64,000 bases of DNA from Eledone cirrhosa (GCA_964016885.1 OZ024751.1:33108001-33172000); one strand, 5' to 3'; positions 41,217 through 57,167 are shown, numbered from the stretch's first letter. Numbers and translations are program-made. Notes: generated by a model not told the origin, from the sequence alone.

Positions 41217-41295
41217 AATTGTTTCTACTTTTGGCACAAGGCTAGCAATTATCCCAGTGCATTACTGGTACTTTATTTTATCGACCCCGTAAGGT
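41217..41295 (-). mobile_element. SINE 3' half
   Basis: Reverse complement of 10143-10220. Confidence 0.85.
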
Positions 41296-42208
41296 AGCAG
41301 TATATAGAATGACTTTGTCTTCCTGTAGTGCATATGTCTTGTATCTGTTGAGACGTAGACATGGCAGTTCTCACACACACTCTCTTTCTTTTTCATTCAC
41401 ACTTTTTACCCCCCCCCCCCCCCCTCCGACAAACATTCTCTATCTATCTATCTCTCTGTCATTCTATGAAAATGAAAACTTTATAACGCAATCACTTCTC
41501 TGACTCTTAAATGACAACACATCATTAGGAAGATGGCGATGGGTATGGACCGATTTCATAGCTAAGTGCTCTATTCTTTGATTACAACATGGTACTTGGT
41601 GAAGAGTGATAAAACTTCTTCCACCTTGTCTGATAATGTATCGATTCTCTTATCTACTCCTACTAAAATATTGCATGCAGACGAAATACTTGTACATTAC
41701 ACTGTTACTTTGTTAACTGTATCCACCCATTAACATATACCTCGGCAGGCTGCTAGGTTTCTTTACATGTGACAGAGGGAAACGTTTGGTACATTTCTGA
41801 CATTCTAAATACAGTTAGCTAACCCAACGAAACCTTTCATATACTATGAAGAATGATGTAGATTATTGTCTATAACTCAGCTCATGGAATCACTGGTCAT
41901 ATAAGTATATATCACTATATATCTTCATTATGGTAATCAATTTTGCCATTTTTATGTCCATTTTATCTTTGCCTTAGCTTTGAATTTTATCTATTGAAAG
42001 TCTAGACTAGTTTCTTGTGAGATTTTCATGACTCTACTGATAATAGATTTATTACATTTCGTGTCATCTTATTCAACATTCGTATGGAGCTAGTTGACAC
42101 GTGACTTAGAAAACTTAGGAATACTGATAATAATTGTCTTCTTAGTTCAGTAGAAAATTATGTTTGGGATAAAAGCATTTGCAGAGCCACCAAGTAAACG
42201 ATGATGTT

Positions 42209-42280
<72 letters not shown>

Positions 42281-42851
42281 AAGAATGAAGAGTAACATGG
42301 TTGGCTGTACAAAAGGGGCTTTATTTCAGGTATTAACAATTGTTTTATTGATCAGGTGAGTCTAGAGGCCGCTAATCGCTCTAAGAATACTCACAACCGG
42401 TCTTCTTGGCCCCCAGATCACATCCACACTAACTTCTATCGGAGCGATGTTGGCTACCCATAAATGATGCCAACCCTGCGAGGTGAAGGGGCTGCTTCAG
42501 TGCGTCACAGGGTGAATACTAACAATTAGTAGCTGCGACAACAGGAAAGCCGTAAAGAACAACAACAAACACCTCCAAAATAATACATTAGCCATTGTAG
42601 ACAACTTACCATCACTAACAACGATCAAAATAACATCTGCAACAACAGCAGCAACAATCATAGCAGGGATAGCAACTGAGTAGAGGGAAGGTGAAAAGTT
42701 TATCACCAAATCCTTAGTAGGGTCTCCAATAACCACCATACCAGCACCAGGACCACCAACAGCACCAAACCTATCTACCGTAGATAGGTTTGGTGCTGGT
42801 AGATAGGTTTGATAGCAATGACTAACAGTATATATATATATATGATGAGCT

Positions 42852-42887
<36 letters not shown>

Positions 42888-43956
42888 GATGAGCTAGTAT
42901 ATCACTACACACACACACACATATATATATATATGATGAGTTAGTATATCACTACATATTTAGATATGAATATATATATATATGGTGTGGGTGATGCGTT
43001 GTAGAACTGAATTTTCAAACATGCTTCTATTCCGCAGATATAATTCGTTTCATGTATGTCACTATTTATAATTCTTAAATTCATCGATATTCCTATGGCA
43101 TCTTTGGAATGCTTCATTTTCGCGTTTGCATATAAATATTAAAATGATCATTGCTTAGACTATTTTTGGTATCGCATATATAATATATATTCCATTATAT
43201 AGAAAATGATATGTTTAAGAAGTGAAACACAATGTGAAATGGACGGTAAGAGGAAGATAAGTATAAGTTTGTTACATGGTATCTATTTTTATTATCTTTT
43301 TTGTTTTTCGTACCAATATTTTGGGATTTAAAAAACCCTTTGTCAGAGAATGGGTAAGTCTCAAAACAAAACTTCCCGGTCCTATCACTTTGAAATTTGA
43401 TTTAAATTTTATATATTTTTGTCAAGGTCTGTACCGATAACATTGAAATTTAGATGACAAACTTTAGTGAAAAATTCAGATCTTGATGAGTCAGTAATTT
43501 CATTATAATTATTGACTTGTTATTTTTGTAAACTTAAATTCCATTTTAATCAGAAATTTTTGACAGCTTTTAGCCATCCACTGACATTTACCATATCAAT
43601 ATATCTTCGAATAGAATAACTTGTATGCAAATAACTAGCTTTGATGCACAGAAATAGTTTCTTAGTTTTAGCAAGTATTTTAGACAGCAAGTCTGTTATC
43701 AGTATTCTTCTGCGGTTTATGACTAATCTATTGTTTTTTAAGTTACACAGAATTACATCACTGGCATACATGAAATTTGCAGCTACGCTCGCTAAAGTCG
43801 GGTGATCAATATCTTGGGTACATAGTTACACAGATGTCCCTCTTAATTGACAACTCATCCCAACATCATTGAGAACCACCCCAACCACCCCCTTTATATC
43901 ATCGAGTCATCGGACTCATGCAAAACTATATATTGTGATCAAAAATATATAATGAG

Positions 43957-45023
43957 CACTGGAATATATATTGAGGACTGTAATATATATTGAGGACTGG
44001 AATATATATTGAGGACTGGAAGATATATTGAGGACTGGAAGATATTTTGAGGACTGGAATATATATTGAGGACTGGAAGATATATTGAGTACTGGAAGAT
44101 ATATTGAGGACCGTAATAAATATTGAGGACTGGAATATATATTGAGGACTGGAAGATATATTGAGGACCGTAATAAATATTGAGGACTGGAATATATATT
44201 GAGGTCTGGAATATATATTGAGGACTGGAATATATATTGAGGTCTGGAATATATATTGAGGACTGGAATATATATTGAGGACTGTAATAAATATTGAGGA
44301 CTGGAATATATATTGAGGACTGGAATATATATTGAGGACTCGAAGATATTTTGAGGACTGTAATATATCTTGAGGACTGTAATATATATTGAGGTCTGGA
44401 ATATATATTGAGGACTGGAATATATATTGAGGACTGTAATAAATATTGAGGACTGGAATATATATTGAGGACTGGAATATATATTGAGGACTGGAAGATA
44501 TTTTGAGGACTGTAATATATCTTGAGGACTGTAATATATATTGAGGACTGGAATATATATTGAGGACTGTAATATATATTGAGGTCTGGAATATATATTG
44601 AGGACTGGAAGATATTTTGAGGACTGTAATATATCTTGAGGACTGTAATATATATTGAGGACTGGAATATATATTGAGGACTGGAAGACATATTGAGGAC
44701 TGGAATATATATTGAGGTCTGGAATATATATTGAGGACTGGAATATATATTGAGGTCTGGAATATATATTGAGGACTGGAAGATATATTGAGGACTGGAA
44801 TATATATTGAGGACTGGAATATATATTGAGGACTGGAAGACATATTGAGGACTGGAATATATATTGAGGACTGGAATATATATTGAGGACTGGAAGACAT
44901 ATTGAGGACTGGAATATATATTGAGGACTGGAAGATATATTGAGGACTGGAAGATATTTTGAGGACTGTAATATATATTGAGGACTCAAATGTATATTGA
45001 GGACTGGAAGACATTTTGAGGAC
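43957..45023. repeat. 19-bp minisatellite, ~56 copies
   Basis: Unit TGAGGACTGGAATATATAT with point variants; explains the three long minus-strand ORFs. Confidence 0.97.
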
Positions 45024-45338
45024 AGAAATTAAACTGAAATTTTAGTTAAGGTCACGTTTTGCATGGTTGTTGACCCAACGAAACGATTGGAGGCGAGATC
45101 CTTTTTTTTAAGTGCAGCAAAAGCCCAAAAGGAGACAAAATTTAATGGCAGTCTATGTTGTTAAAACTTTTTCGACTACCGAATAGTAATTGCTTTCTTA
45201 AAAGCTATTGTTAAGACATCCATACACTTTTACAAACTGTTTATCAAGTAGCTTCGTTTAACGTTTTCGGATTATGAAAAGTGCATCAATTATGATGTAT
45301 TTTCACCCTCTCTAACTTATTTGAAGATAGCTGCCCTT

Positions 45339-45521
45339 GAAGAAGAAGAAGAAGAAGAAGAAGAAGAAGAAGAAGAAGAAGAAGAAGAAGAAGAAGAAGA
45401 AGAAGAAGAAGAAGAAGAAGAAGAAGAAGAAGAAGAAGAAGAAGAAGAAGAAGAAGAAGAAGAAGAAGAAGAAGAAGAAGAAGAAGAAGAAGAAGAAGAA
45501 GAAGAAGAAGAAGAAGAAGAA
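45339..45521. repeat. (GAA)n microsatellite, ~60 units
   Basis: Pure run. Confidence 0.97.
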
Positions 45522-45559
45522 ATAATATTAAAATATTTGAATTTAATTTAGTCTAATTT

Positions 45560-46720
45560 TATTTAATGGAAGGATCGGTTGGATGCCAAAGCATGAGCAT
45601 ATTTGTAAGTATGCTGTTGTTGCTTTTGTTGTTGTTGTTATTGTATTTTTCTTTCTATATTTTAGTGGAAGAGGAAATGAAAATATTTCACTCATGCTTT
45701 TACCAGGAACATTAGCTGCATAGTGCATTGTAATGGCTTCGGTTGTGTGGGGGGTAAGTTTGAAACACGTAGCTGGCTGTTTGGGGTTGCAGCTAGCTTA
45801 TCTACTGCTTTCCAGTGTTCTCCATATTTACCGATATATTGGAGAAATTACTGATATAGATAGTAAAATATATGTCGTGAGAGAGGACCCGATATATTTT
45901 CTTCTTTTTATGAAGCGTGCCTTGTAGCTATTATTCTGGCAAGTTGGGGTCCCTGTTTTGATGTTACCACACATATTTGTTATTCATTTATCTTTTGTTT
46001 CTCTGATTTTCTTTCTCATCTTCCAATTCACGGCGTTGTATTGCTGCTTCCCCTCCGTTTAATATCAAATAAGCTCAGGATGGAGGCTTTCTTTACAATC
46101 CCCAGCATTGCTTGAACTTGTTCATGAAATACTTCCTTTTTGTTAAGTCACGAACTGTATGTTTTATTTTGTTAAACTGACAAACGTCCTTGTTGGCCAC
46201 ATATATTGCTATAATTTATGAATTTGTCAGTTTTTCTACTTCAAATCTTATACATGAAGTTATGTTCTTATAAATCATTTTGTGCTTGAAACTCAGTATT
46301 ATCAATATCATATTCTGTTCCCAGTCGAGATTTCCATCATGGCAGGTTTTAGTGTTCGACCTTGTCGATAATAGACGTAATGTTTTGAGGTGCAAGTAAG
46401 AGATTTAGTTGAATTGTGGTCCTTGCCATTGTGTGCCTCTTATCTTGTATACCACCAGATCTTGTGTAAGATTATTTCAAGAGTATGCCTGTGACAGCTA
46501 ACAACTTCTTTAATTCTATGTCTACGATTTTTGTATTTGTCCGATTCCAAATCAGCTCAATTCCTCTGTCTATTTCTGATATACTTCCCGTACTACTTAG
46601 AGATTCCAGTTTCTTATGAAGATGTGGACATCCGTCTTTGGAAAAAGTTCGATTAGTTTTTCTAGGATTTCTTTAGACTCTTCAAATTTACCATTGTCAT
46701 ATTCAAATGTTAGTGGAAAG
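45560..46720 (-). mobile_element. Decayed Penelope-like element remnant
   Basis: Minus-strand traces QIRGT..QGP (RT motif-like) and ICSCF..LPLN (linker cysteine motif). Confidence 0.4.
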
Positions 46721-46775
46721 ACTTGGGTAATGATGATGATGTGTGTATATATATGTATGTATGCATCTATTATTC

Positions 46776-46817
<42 letters not shown>

Positions 46818-46908
46818 CATACATGTTTGTATATATATGTGTCTATATATATATTTATGTGAATATATATGTATGTATGTATATATATATATGCATGTAT
46901 ATATGTAC

Positions 46909-46977
<69 letters not shown>

Positions 46978-47319
46978 TCACAAATTTTGCAATTATCTTT
47001 TGCTATTTGTTAATACGTAAGTATTTTTTATCGAGACATTAAAGAGAAATTTATTTCAAAACGGTAGATTCTTTCAACAGGAAGAATTCGGCGAAGGAAA
47101 AGACGCCATTAGAGGAAGAATGAATGAGAGAAGTATAGTCCTTTGAAATAAGATTGTCAAGAATACTATAATGAGATCTGTGATATTGCATCCTGGTCAT
47201 TAGAAATTTATGAAATAGGAATAGAGAATTCCTAAGATGGAGTAGTACAATAGCTGTAAAAGGTCTTGTGATATAACGCTTATCTTTTCTCTTACATACT
47301 CACATATATACAGATATGA

Positions 47320-47397
<78 letters not shown>

Positions 47398-47445
47398 ACA
47401 TAAGACTGTGTATGTATATATATACATATATGAATGCATATATAC

Positions 47446-47499
<54 letters not shown>

Positions 47500-47826
47500 C
47501 AAAATATTTAAATGAATATATTCTAATAATCAAAATATATGGTTTATTATATATATTTCTAAGGTACTGTGTTGTTTTTTCAGTACGTCCTCGTCAGATA
47601 AAATATATGATTTGATATATGACATACCACTACGGTCTTGATAGTTCAATTCCTGTATTGGCAGGAATTATATACATATATATATATATACACATACATA
47701 TATATATATATATATATATTTATGTATTTATGTATATATGTGTATGCATGTGAGTGTATCTCTTGGTGTATTCTCGCATGTATGTGTGTTTATAATTGTG
47801 TGCGTGAGCGAGAGAGAAAGAGAGAG

Positions 47827-48005
<179 letters not shown>

Positions 48006-48039
48006 CAAGAGTACACTGAAATATTTCGAAAGTAAATTG

Positions 48040-49420
48040 TTATAACCCTCTGTTATGGAATAGGTATATATGTATATTAATAGGTATATCTGGAAGAAAA
48101 TTAATAAGAAACAACTCCACAGAAGCCCAACTGATCGCCTTCCTACCATCTTTTAAGGAAGAGAAAACTGTGAATATTAGTAAAGGTAGTTTAATTTCTC
48201 CAGGCAGTGTAACAGAGGAATACAATATGTTTAGCGGAGCTTTTTTGATTCCGATTGTAAACTGCCAGTAGGTTTTTATAGTTGGTGTTCTGAAGATATT
48301 TGAGAAGACAAGAATTTGTATAGAAATAGATAAACATAAAGAGCTATAGAGGACTGTTGATAGATGGCAAATTCAGTAGGATTTCAATGTTGGAAATATC
48401 ATTATCAAGAAATAGTTTTGCATTGTAAGATAACGAAGAATTTATCTTCAAGTATTTTTGTATAATCATATTATATGATAAATGTGATATATGATATAAC
48501 AAAATATAGTTTCTCTGTACATATTTCATTTGAAGATGGATAACGGTACCAATCCTGTGTGGTATGTATATTTAAATATCATATATAATACATATATATA
48601 TAATATGTATGTATATCATATCTATATTATATATTGTATGTGTCTGCGTAGGTATGTAGATGTGCATTTCCGAATATATACGTGTACATATTTACTTATA
48701 TACACTCACACACACATATATATAGATATGTAGATATATAGATATAGATAGATATAAATATATATAGATATATATATAGATATATATATATGTGTGGGTG
48801 TGTATACATACATAAATATTTATATGTATATCTATCTGTAAGTATATGTGTGGTAAAATAGTCATGTTAATAGGTGGCCTTCTCTGGGAGGATCAGGAAG
48901 ACCAGCAGAGTAATGGAAATGTTCGGGTCACGTATATTTTCTACTGTGTTTTTATATCATTGTTGTTTTTTATATCTATCGGAGTTCAATAAAGGCTTGA
49001 GTCAAGTGCCATTCCGTTGATGATGTAGACATGACATCGTGGAAATGGTAATAATATTACTTGTTTATTCCTGGCAGAGAACTCAGAATTATCACTATCA
49101 TATATAAAGAGAGATTTTATTGTCATCAATTTATATTATTTCACAGATGCCTGTTGATGGTCTCTGCTATATTTCGGTAGGGTTTTGCGTGATATTGGAC
49201 ATTAGCTGCGCAATTGTATATTTAAAGAATGACATAATTGTACACGATGTTTCCAGGAAGTTGGTATAATATGAACATATAGAAGTATACTTGCAATACA
49301 TGAAGAGAAAATGGAAGAACATAAAATCTGTTTTTATGTTATTAATCGGTTTATAGCATTAATATTGTATTCCTAGTCAAACACGAATTTGATAATTCAT
49401 AAAAGGTGATAAGCGAGATT
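48040..49420 (-). mobile_element. Decayed PLE (Naiad-type) RT remnant split by a TA-rich tract
   Basis: Traces DI....LPSI (cf. FDIxxFYPSI), LGFCGV (cf. MGSxDG) and IDD; frameshifted. Confidence 0.4.
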
Positions 49421-49847
49421 GTATGACCCATATGTTCCTTTCAAATACGTTGAGGATGTAGAAAAATTGGATTGATGTCATCAGGCCATCGAAACTCCAC
49501 TTGCCCAGAGCTATCCTACACTGATTATAAAATTGATACAAGTGTTGTTGCTGATGTATAACCCTGCTGGAGTATGGCCGCAACCCAGTGATTGACTCCA
49601 GTAAAAAGAACATTAAATAGTACATAAACACATATATCCCAAAACTGCAGGTATTTTTACTCCAACATTCTACCATTTCAACTGTTCAGCCACCAAGGCA
49701 TCCATGCCTTCTGCCACAAATACATATACATATCTTAACAGTAACACATTCGCTTCTCCTCCCATACATATATTCACAATATCACATCCACGCCTACTCT
49801 TAACATATAAATATTCGCAGTAACACATCCACGCCTCATTCAATAAT

Positions 49848-49899
<52 letters not shown>

Positions 49900-49949
49900 C
49901 TATAAGGAACCCACCCCTTCTCCCTCACATACATATCTTAACAGTTTAT

Positions 49950-50140
49950 GAATGGCAGATGATTGACAAGCAAGTGACTTACGATATTTGTCCTGGCTTT
50001 TTAGGTTCTGAGTTCAAATCCAGTCGAGGTCAACTGTCATATTTTGCAAGTGTAATAAATGAAGCAATGATCATGTCCTGGAGCCAATATAATCGATAGT
50101 TTCCATCACCAAACATTCAGACCTTGTATCTATGTTATAT
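49950..50140 (+). mobile_element. Diverged SINE copy
   Basis: GTTCTGAGTTCAAATCCAGTCGAGGTCAAC. Confidence 0.7.
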
Positions 50141-50539
50141 ATTATTTTCATTGCTGTCTTTCCTTCTATTACACAACAATTACTCGGGTATTATTTTGAA
50201 AATGTTTATTTTCATTTATATATATATTTATATATTTATTTATTTCACGTTTGAAGGACTGTGAATCAGTGAATGAAGATGTTTCTTTCTCTCTATATAT
50301 GCCGACATAAACAGATTGAACACTTCCTGAACACATATGTATATGTCTATGTCTCTGTATGTGAAGGTCTATATCTGTGATTATGTATGCTTGTAAGAGG
50401 AACTGGAAATTACTGCTGAATAAAAGCAATTATTTGTCACGGCAGATCGATCACTGGCAATTACTCCATTTTGTGAAACATCGACTTTGTTGGTGCTGAT
50501 CAATTTTTCTTTACGTATATATATATATATATATATATA

Positions 50540-50581
<42 letters not shown>

Positions 50582-50606
50582 GTAAAGAAAAATTGATATA
50601 TATATA

Positions 50607-50664
<58 letters not shown>

Positions 50665-52522
50665 GTAAAGACAAATTGAACATATATATATATATATGTT
50701 TGTATGTATGTATGTAGATGTATTTATATTATTATTCGCTAAGATATTAACATATTTCAATGCTTCATCGATTGATGTGTCAGCACTTCCATGGCGTATG
50801 TACCACGATACAAAGTATAAACATCTATAGTGCTGATTTAGCCTCGTGGTATCTATAAAACAAAACATAAACACTTCACTAGCAAGGAACCTCCCTAAAA
50901 TACATTCTATGTAGAATAGGATACATCAGCTATGAGAGAGTGACAGGAAGGGGGAAAGAAAGAAAGTTAGGAAAATAGAGAGAGACTTGCATCATTTTCG
51001 TTCGATATATGAAGAATGCAGCAGTAAGCACTCCTGCATTTAAATGGGAATCTCTTCTTTGTAATATATTTTTCTCCGTATTTCACCTATAGTTAATTTT
51101 CTCCCACAGTGAAGTGTCTCTTATCATATATTTATCACATATAAAACATATTTATCAATTAGGTGTGCTGCTGAAACGATGATATATGAGTGTGTTCAAT
51201 TATTGAAAAGCAATATTACTTGAATATATAATTCGAGCAATGTCATAAGAAACAGGTACACGCAAGAAAACACGCACCAGCACACATAAACCTACCTAGA
51301 CAAATAAGAATATTTACACACATGTATGTAGTCTTACGTACAGGCATATGTTCTCCTAAAACTGGGCGTCCATATAGGAATATTTATCCCTATTCCATTA
51401 ATAACGCTATTTATTTATTTTGTGTTTTCAACGTCGAAATCCTAAATGCGAACATTCAAAAGTAATGCCAAAAACATGATTAATCTCATTATTCTTACAG
51501 TTAAAACTAATTTAAAAGATAAAATAAAATTCGATGGGATTTAAAGGTTTTTTTAGTGTTTTAAAATATTTTCTACATAATTAATTGTACCATACAACAC
51601 TCTCTCTCATTCTGTCTCACTCTAGCCATCACTATCAAATTCTCCCTCTCTCTGTATCTACTACACGGAACTCTCTTCCAATCCACCTCTCTATCAATAA
51701 ACATCAATCTCTCCCCCTCTATAAATCTAATATACAACACTCTTTCACAAACTTCCTCCCTATATCAATTACCACCAAACTCTGCCCCTCTCTATATCTT
51801 TATCTATCTCTGCCATCTCTCTCTCTATAAAATGTACATCAACCGTAGTGCATATACAAATAGATGTGTGTTTTGGTAGTTTGGGGAGAAAAATATAATT
51901 ATTGGGATAGGGCCATGCTCCCCACCCTGACCCTTCCAGGACCGCCGCCCCTGAATAGGTGTTGAAATGATTAGAGTTGAGCCGTCGGGTCCCGAATCTT
52001 TATAATATATATATATATATTATAATATATTAAATAGCACTATTCTTTACATAAAGCACTCTTTTTTCCTTTGCTTTTCCTTTGGAATTACGTAACACAT
52101 AATGTATATATATGCTTGTTTCCATGATTATGCTCAGTCCCATGCCCTTCATAAGATTTATGCTCTCAAGGTGAAGTTACGATTATGATACAATGTCACT
52201 CGGTACTGGAGGCATGTTCACTTTCTTAGGCAAATTTTAGAAATTATGTGAGTAATACAACAATCTTCTGTCACACCTCTGCCCGTTATATTAACTCTCA
52301 TTTACACATATTTCCTTCGAATAAATAGTAATGAACATTAATACATTTTTTATGTTTCTTTTTATTGCCTATCAAATATAATATTAAGGGTGGGGACGGA
52401 GAAGGCGGAGAGGGACACACATTTTGACTGACGAACGAAGCAGCAGTGGCAGCAGCTTTTTAACGAAACTCCGAGTGCCAAAAAAAGTATATGCCATATT
52501 TTACCATGTGTTTCATACAACA

Positions 52523-52581
<59 letters not shown>

Positions 52582-52599
52582 TATATATATCTGTATGTA

Positions 52600-52641
<42 letters not shown>

Positions 52642-52675
52642 CAGATACATACAGATATATATATATATATATACA

Positions 52676-52758
<83 letters not shown>

Positions 52759-52894
52759 ATTTATACACATGCAAGTGCGTGCGTAATTAACTAAGTGCTT
52801 GAGTGTTATATATTTGTAGTTGATCATTCGTATGCACATGCATGCACCTTAAATACATATTATATATACAAGCAACCACCTTATACAGACACAT

Positions 52895-52943
<49 letters not shown>

Positions 52944-52977
52944 TACATATACATATATATATGTATAAATATGCATT

Positions 52978-53047
<70 letters not shown>

Positions 53048-53277
53048 GGTGTGTGTGTGGTGGGTTGCTGGTGTGTATGATCAAATACACGAATACACCC
53101 ACCCCCACACACCACACCCGATGCTCTCCGGATTCCTTTCTTTGTGTTAAAATTTGCTATATTAAAGAATTCTTTAGATTAGCACCGACAGTACATTTTA
53201 CCCCAGGTTTACCGTGTATTAAAGTGGAGACACTTTCATTGCCATTAATAGTAACAAGAACAACAACAACAACAACA

Positions 53278-53315
<38 letters not shown>

Positions 53316-53927
53316 TACTACTACTACTTCTACTACTACTACTACTACAATTATAATACAACATTAACAACATCAACAACAATACCAACGATGTTAGAAT
53401 GTAAGGGTTAGTGGGTGTGAAATGGGAGGGAAATATGCAAGTGCTGATGATGAAAGCAAGCAGATTAGTTTATTGCTGAAAATTTTGTAATTACTATCTT
53501 TGGAAGCTGCACGCGTTTGTCCAGGGAATGAAAGAAGCCGACTAGAGAAGCTAGTTCCTTTTACGTTGTGAAGATATCGGGGGAGCTGTTGTAGGTGCCA
53601 ATTATGCAGAATCAGACGTCGTCCATCAGTAAAACTAGGCTTCATGTTTATACCAAATTTATTTAATGGAAAAATTTGCCGGCTGCGAACATGAAAGCCT
53701 CAAACAAAATATTTAACCCTAAATGTTGACCTTAAATCTTTGAAATGAAGTTAAAAGAAAAAGAAAAAATAGAAACGGAAAGCTGGAAGTGTGAGGATAG
53801 AAGAAAGACGAATAAAAATAATTCATCTAAAATATTTGGTAGATTGCTGATGTTATTTTCGATCTGAGAGCAGTGCAGAAATGCACTGAAAGATATATAT
53901 ATATACATATATAAAGAGAGAGAGAGA

Positions 53928-54093
<166 letters not shown>

Positions 54094-54299
54094 TGTTTGT
54101 GCGTGTTTGTATCTGTGTGTGTGTGAGTATATGTATATGCGCGCTCACACAGAGACTCTCGTACGCACACACACTTATCTATAAATTAAAATAGATCTGA
54201 AAGTTATATATACGTATTGATGAGATTTTAATGATGGTTCGATGTTACTGATGTAAACTGATAAACTAGCTACGTTTATAGATCTCACGAACGTCAAGG

Positions 54300-54960
54300 A
54301 TTGGAATTAACTAAAGTTATTTTCATGTCTTGTGATTGCTTAAGAAAAACAGAGGTCTAAAAATGGTTATGGAATCATATATTTCAAATAAAATAATTCC
54401 TAAATTATTTTTGTACAAAATTCTTATCTTGACCAAATTAAAAATTTCCAATTCCACTTTTAAGTTTTGATATAAATTTCTTTAGATAGTCTCCAGAAAT
54501 CGCTTAATCAATAAATGAATCTTACATGGACGAAATATGTTTTCTTTGATCAACGCAGTTCAATGATTAAAGAAATATCCTGAATTATGGTTTGTAAGAA
54601 GTATTTGCCAAAATTTTCAATTGGTCAACAACAATCAAGGCAATAGTAATTTGCCGGAGAACCTCTAAATGGTTCTTTCAAAATTGAAATGAGGATCATC
54701 TTCATAGTCTCACACATAGAAGAAAAGATTAGTTTCAACCATATTTCTAGTTTTGCTGTTGTTGTCATGTTTTTCAATATATATTTAGAGAAGAATCTCC
54801 CATGTGAAATGTTTAATACTTTACCAGTGGAATATCTACATACTTGCACAACAACATCTCATAATTGTATGAGCATCTGATGATGTTACGTGGAAACTGT
54901 TAGTGTTATAATCATTACATAACTCTGTCGCTAAAATATATATAATGCAATAAAACAATT
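54300..54960 (+). mobile_element. Decayed PLE 3' end with degenerate hammerhead
   Basis: HIEEKIS...NLPCEMFNT resembles a Naiad-type C-terminus, followed by CTGATGA-TGTTACGTG-GAAA near 54877 and AATAAA before a CA/TA tract. Confidence 0.4.
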
Positions 54961-54991
54961 ATGTTAAAGTAAACATGCCTTAACATTTCAT

Positions 54992-55083
<92 letters not shown>

Positions 55084-55824
55084 CAGTAAAAATCCTATGT
55101 TGCTGAGATAAAGTTACACACGCTGACCTGGTGTAATCTAACAGAGGAAACATTATACTATGAATATTAAATATTTGAAAATGTGTTGTAGATTATCACA
55201 TATTTTAAAAAGGATATAGACGATACAAGATAAACATTAAACATTAGATATAAAAATAACCGCATGCTGCAACAAACATTTGAAAAGTGTAAACAGAAAA
55301 AAGAGTCGCTCATATTTTCCATTCTAATAAGTATATTTATATAAGGATTGGAGTAGAATCGTATAAGATGATGGAAAATGCAGACACCGTGTCTGCAGAT
55401 ATCAATGACAATGGTAGCAGCAAAGCAGTATAGATTTTTAGTTATTTCTATATAAAATTTCATTGAATAATGACAGGCAAATAAAATTGCTAAGAACTAT
55501 ACACACCTACATTCACACAACCACACTTGAAAACTATATCCTGTATATATATATAAAGATATAGCTTTCAAGTATCAGTTTTTTGTAGGCAGTTCCCAAT
55601 TTTGGTATTGTTGCGCAGATGTCGATGTGGGTTGGGTTTTGCTTGATGTAGTAGATGGAACAGTTTATCACAAGTATGTTGTTGGTTTCCATGTGGTATA
55701 TCACTGAGTATTATCACACAGATCTTATAGGCCGGTTATTCAACGTATCGAAATACGTGTCGGACTCACTAATATTTAATTATACTATGCTATAATATTC
55801 TTAATATATGTTTAATCATATGTT

Positions 55825-55960
55825 ACGAAATTTAGTAGATAAATTATATAATATTCATTCATTATTTATTCAAAGTAATCCAACTTATTTTACAAACGGG
55901 ATAAAAAATATATATTCTGGACGCAGTCCCGCACTTTTTACTTTATTATAGTTTAGATAT
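55825..55960. mobile_element. Fragment of the 9630-10460 repeat, lacking the SINE
   Basis: Matches 9983-10031 joined to 10231-10315. Confidence 0.8.
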
Positions 55961-56579
55961 CAAATTAATTATTGAACATCAGCATATGTGCCTTAATATT
56001 TTTCTATTAACCTGCCTCTTCCATGCTATGATATAGCCCTCAACCTTTTTTCAAGTACGTTCATTAACACTTATTAACATTTATACCCTATCAATATGTT
56101 AAACTATTTCTTCGTATCTTTTACACTGTTTATTGACGGCTAATTTTAATGAACACTAACATCTATTTCACACAAACACAGGTTCAAAATATTTTCCTTT
56201 TGTTCTCCTAATTATCATATAAATTCAACCGGACCTAAGATATATTCACAGTCTTTTTCAATGGATATAATCTCCTCTGTACTGATATAACTTAGTCAGT
56301 AAAAATGTCTAAGTTACTAAACATTACTGTTTAATGCTTCCATAATTATTAACGTTCTTTTAGTATATTCTAAAAATATTTTTTTCATAGCTTCACTTAC
56401 GGAGTCATAAAAGACTTTATATTTCCTATTAGTATAAATTTAGCTCCATTTTATTGTGTTATCGTTTTGTAATGAAATATCTATGGTTACTGAACGTAAA
56501 TAATTTATCTTTTATAAATTTTAATTACTATTTTAGGCTTCCATACTTTTAACATCTTCCTTTCTATATTTAAACGTTA

Positions 56580-56755
56580 TTGTGGATTGGCAGTTGGATG
56601 CCATGCTTTGACGTATAGAGTTACGGCCCTTGTCATTCTGAGTTCAAATCCCGCCGAGGTTAACTTTGCCTTTCCTCCTTACGGGGTCGATAAAATAAAG
56701 TACCAGTAATGCTTTGGTGATTGCTGGCCTTGTGCCAAAAGTAGAAACAATTATT
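56580..56755 (+). mobile_element. tRNA-derived SINE (family of 10032-10216)
   Basis: GAGTTCAAATCCCGCCGAGGTTAACTTTGCCTTTCCTCCTTACGGGGTCGATAAAATAAAGTACCAG. Confidence 0.9.
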
Positions 56756-56830
56756 TCCAACTTCACTTATTTTCTCCCGCTGGTATATTAAAACATGTAG
56801 GGTTTTTATATGCCAGCTGGGCATATAACG

Positions 56831-56912
<82 letters not shown>

Positions 56913-56922
<10 letters not shown>

Positions 56923-57167
56923 AGATCAAAAGATGGTTAAAAGAGTTGCATGTATTTTATTATGCGCATTTCAAAAACAAATATCATCATGCAATACTAT
57001 TTGTGTTTTCATCAGATAAAATAGGAAGACATGATATGAAGGTTAAAAAACACTTGTGAATAGTGCAGTTTTAAATCAACATGTGTATACTCCAGTCCTA
57101 CAAATTGTAGAGTGCTTCTTATCCGATATCTGCATTGCTTTATTGTACTACAATAAAACTCACCTCC

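Noticed and set aside
43916-45014. Three overlapping 250-362 aa ORFs, or a CRISPR-like array
   Set aside because: Head-to-tail 19-bp units with no unique spacers; the ORFs arise because the minus-strand unit lacks stops.
45321-45551. Poly-E/poly-K ORFs (also poly-L/F/R at 61046-61513)
   Set aside because: (GAA)n/(CTT)n microsatellites.
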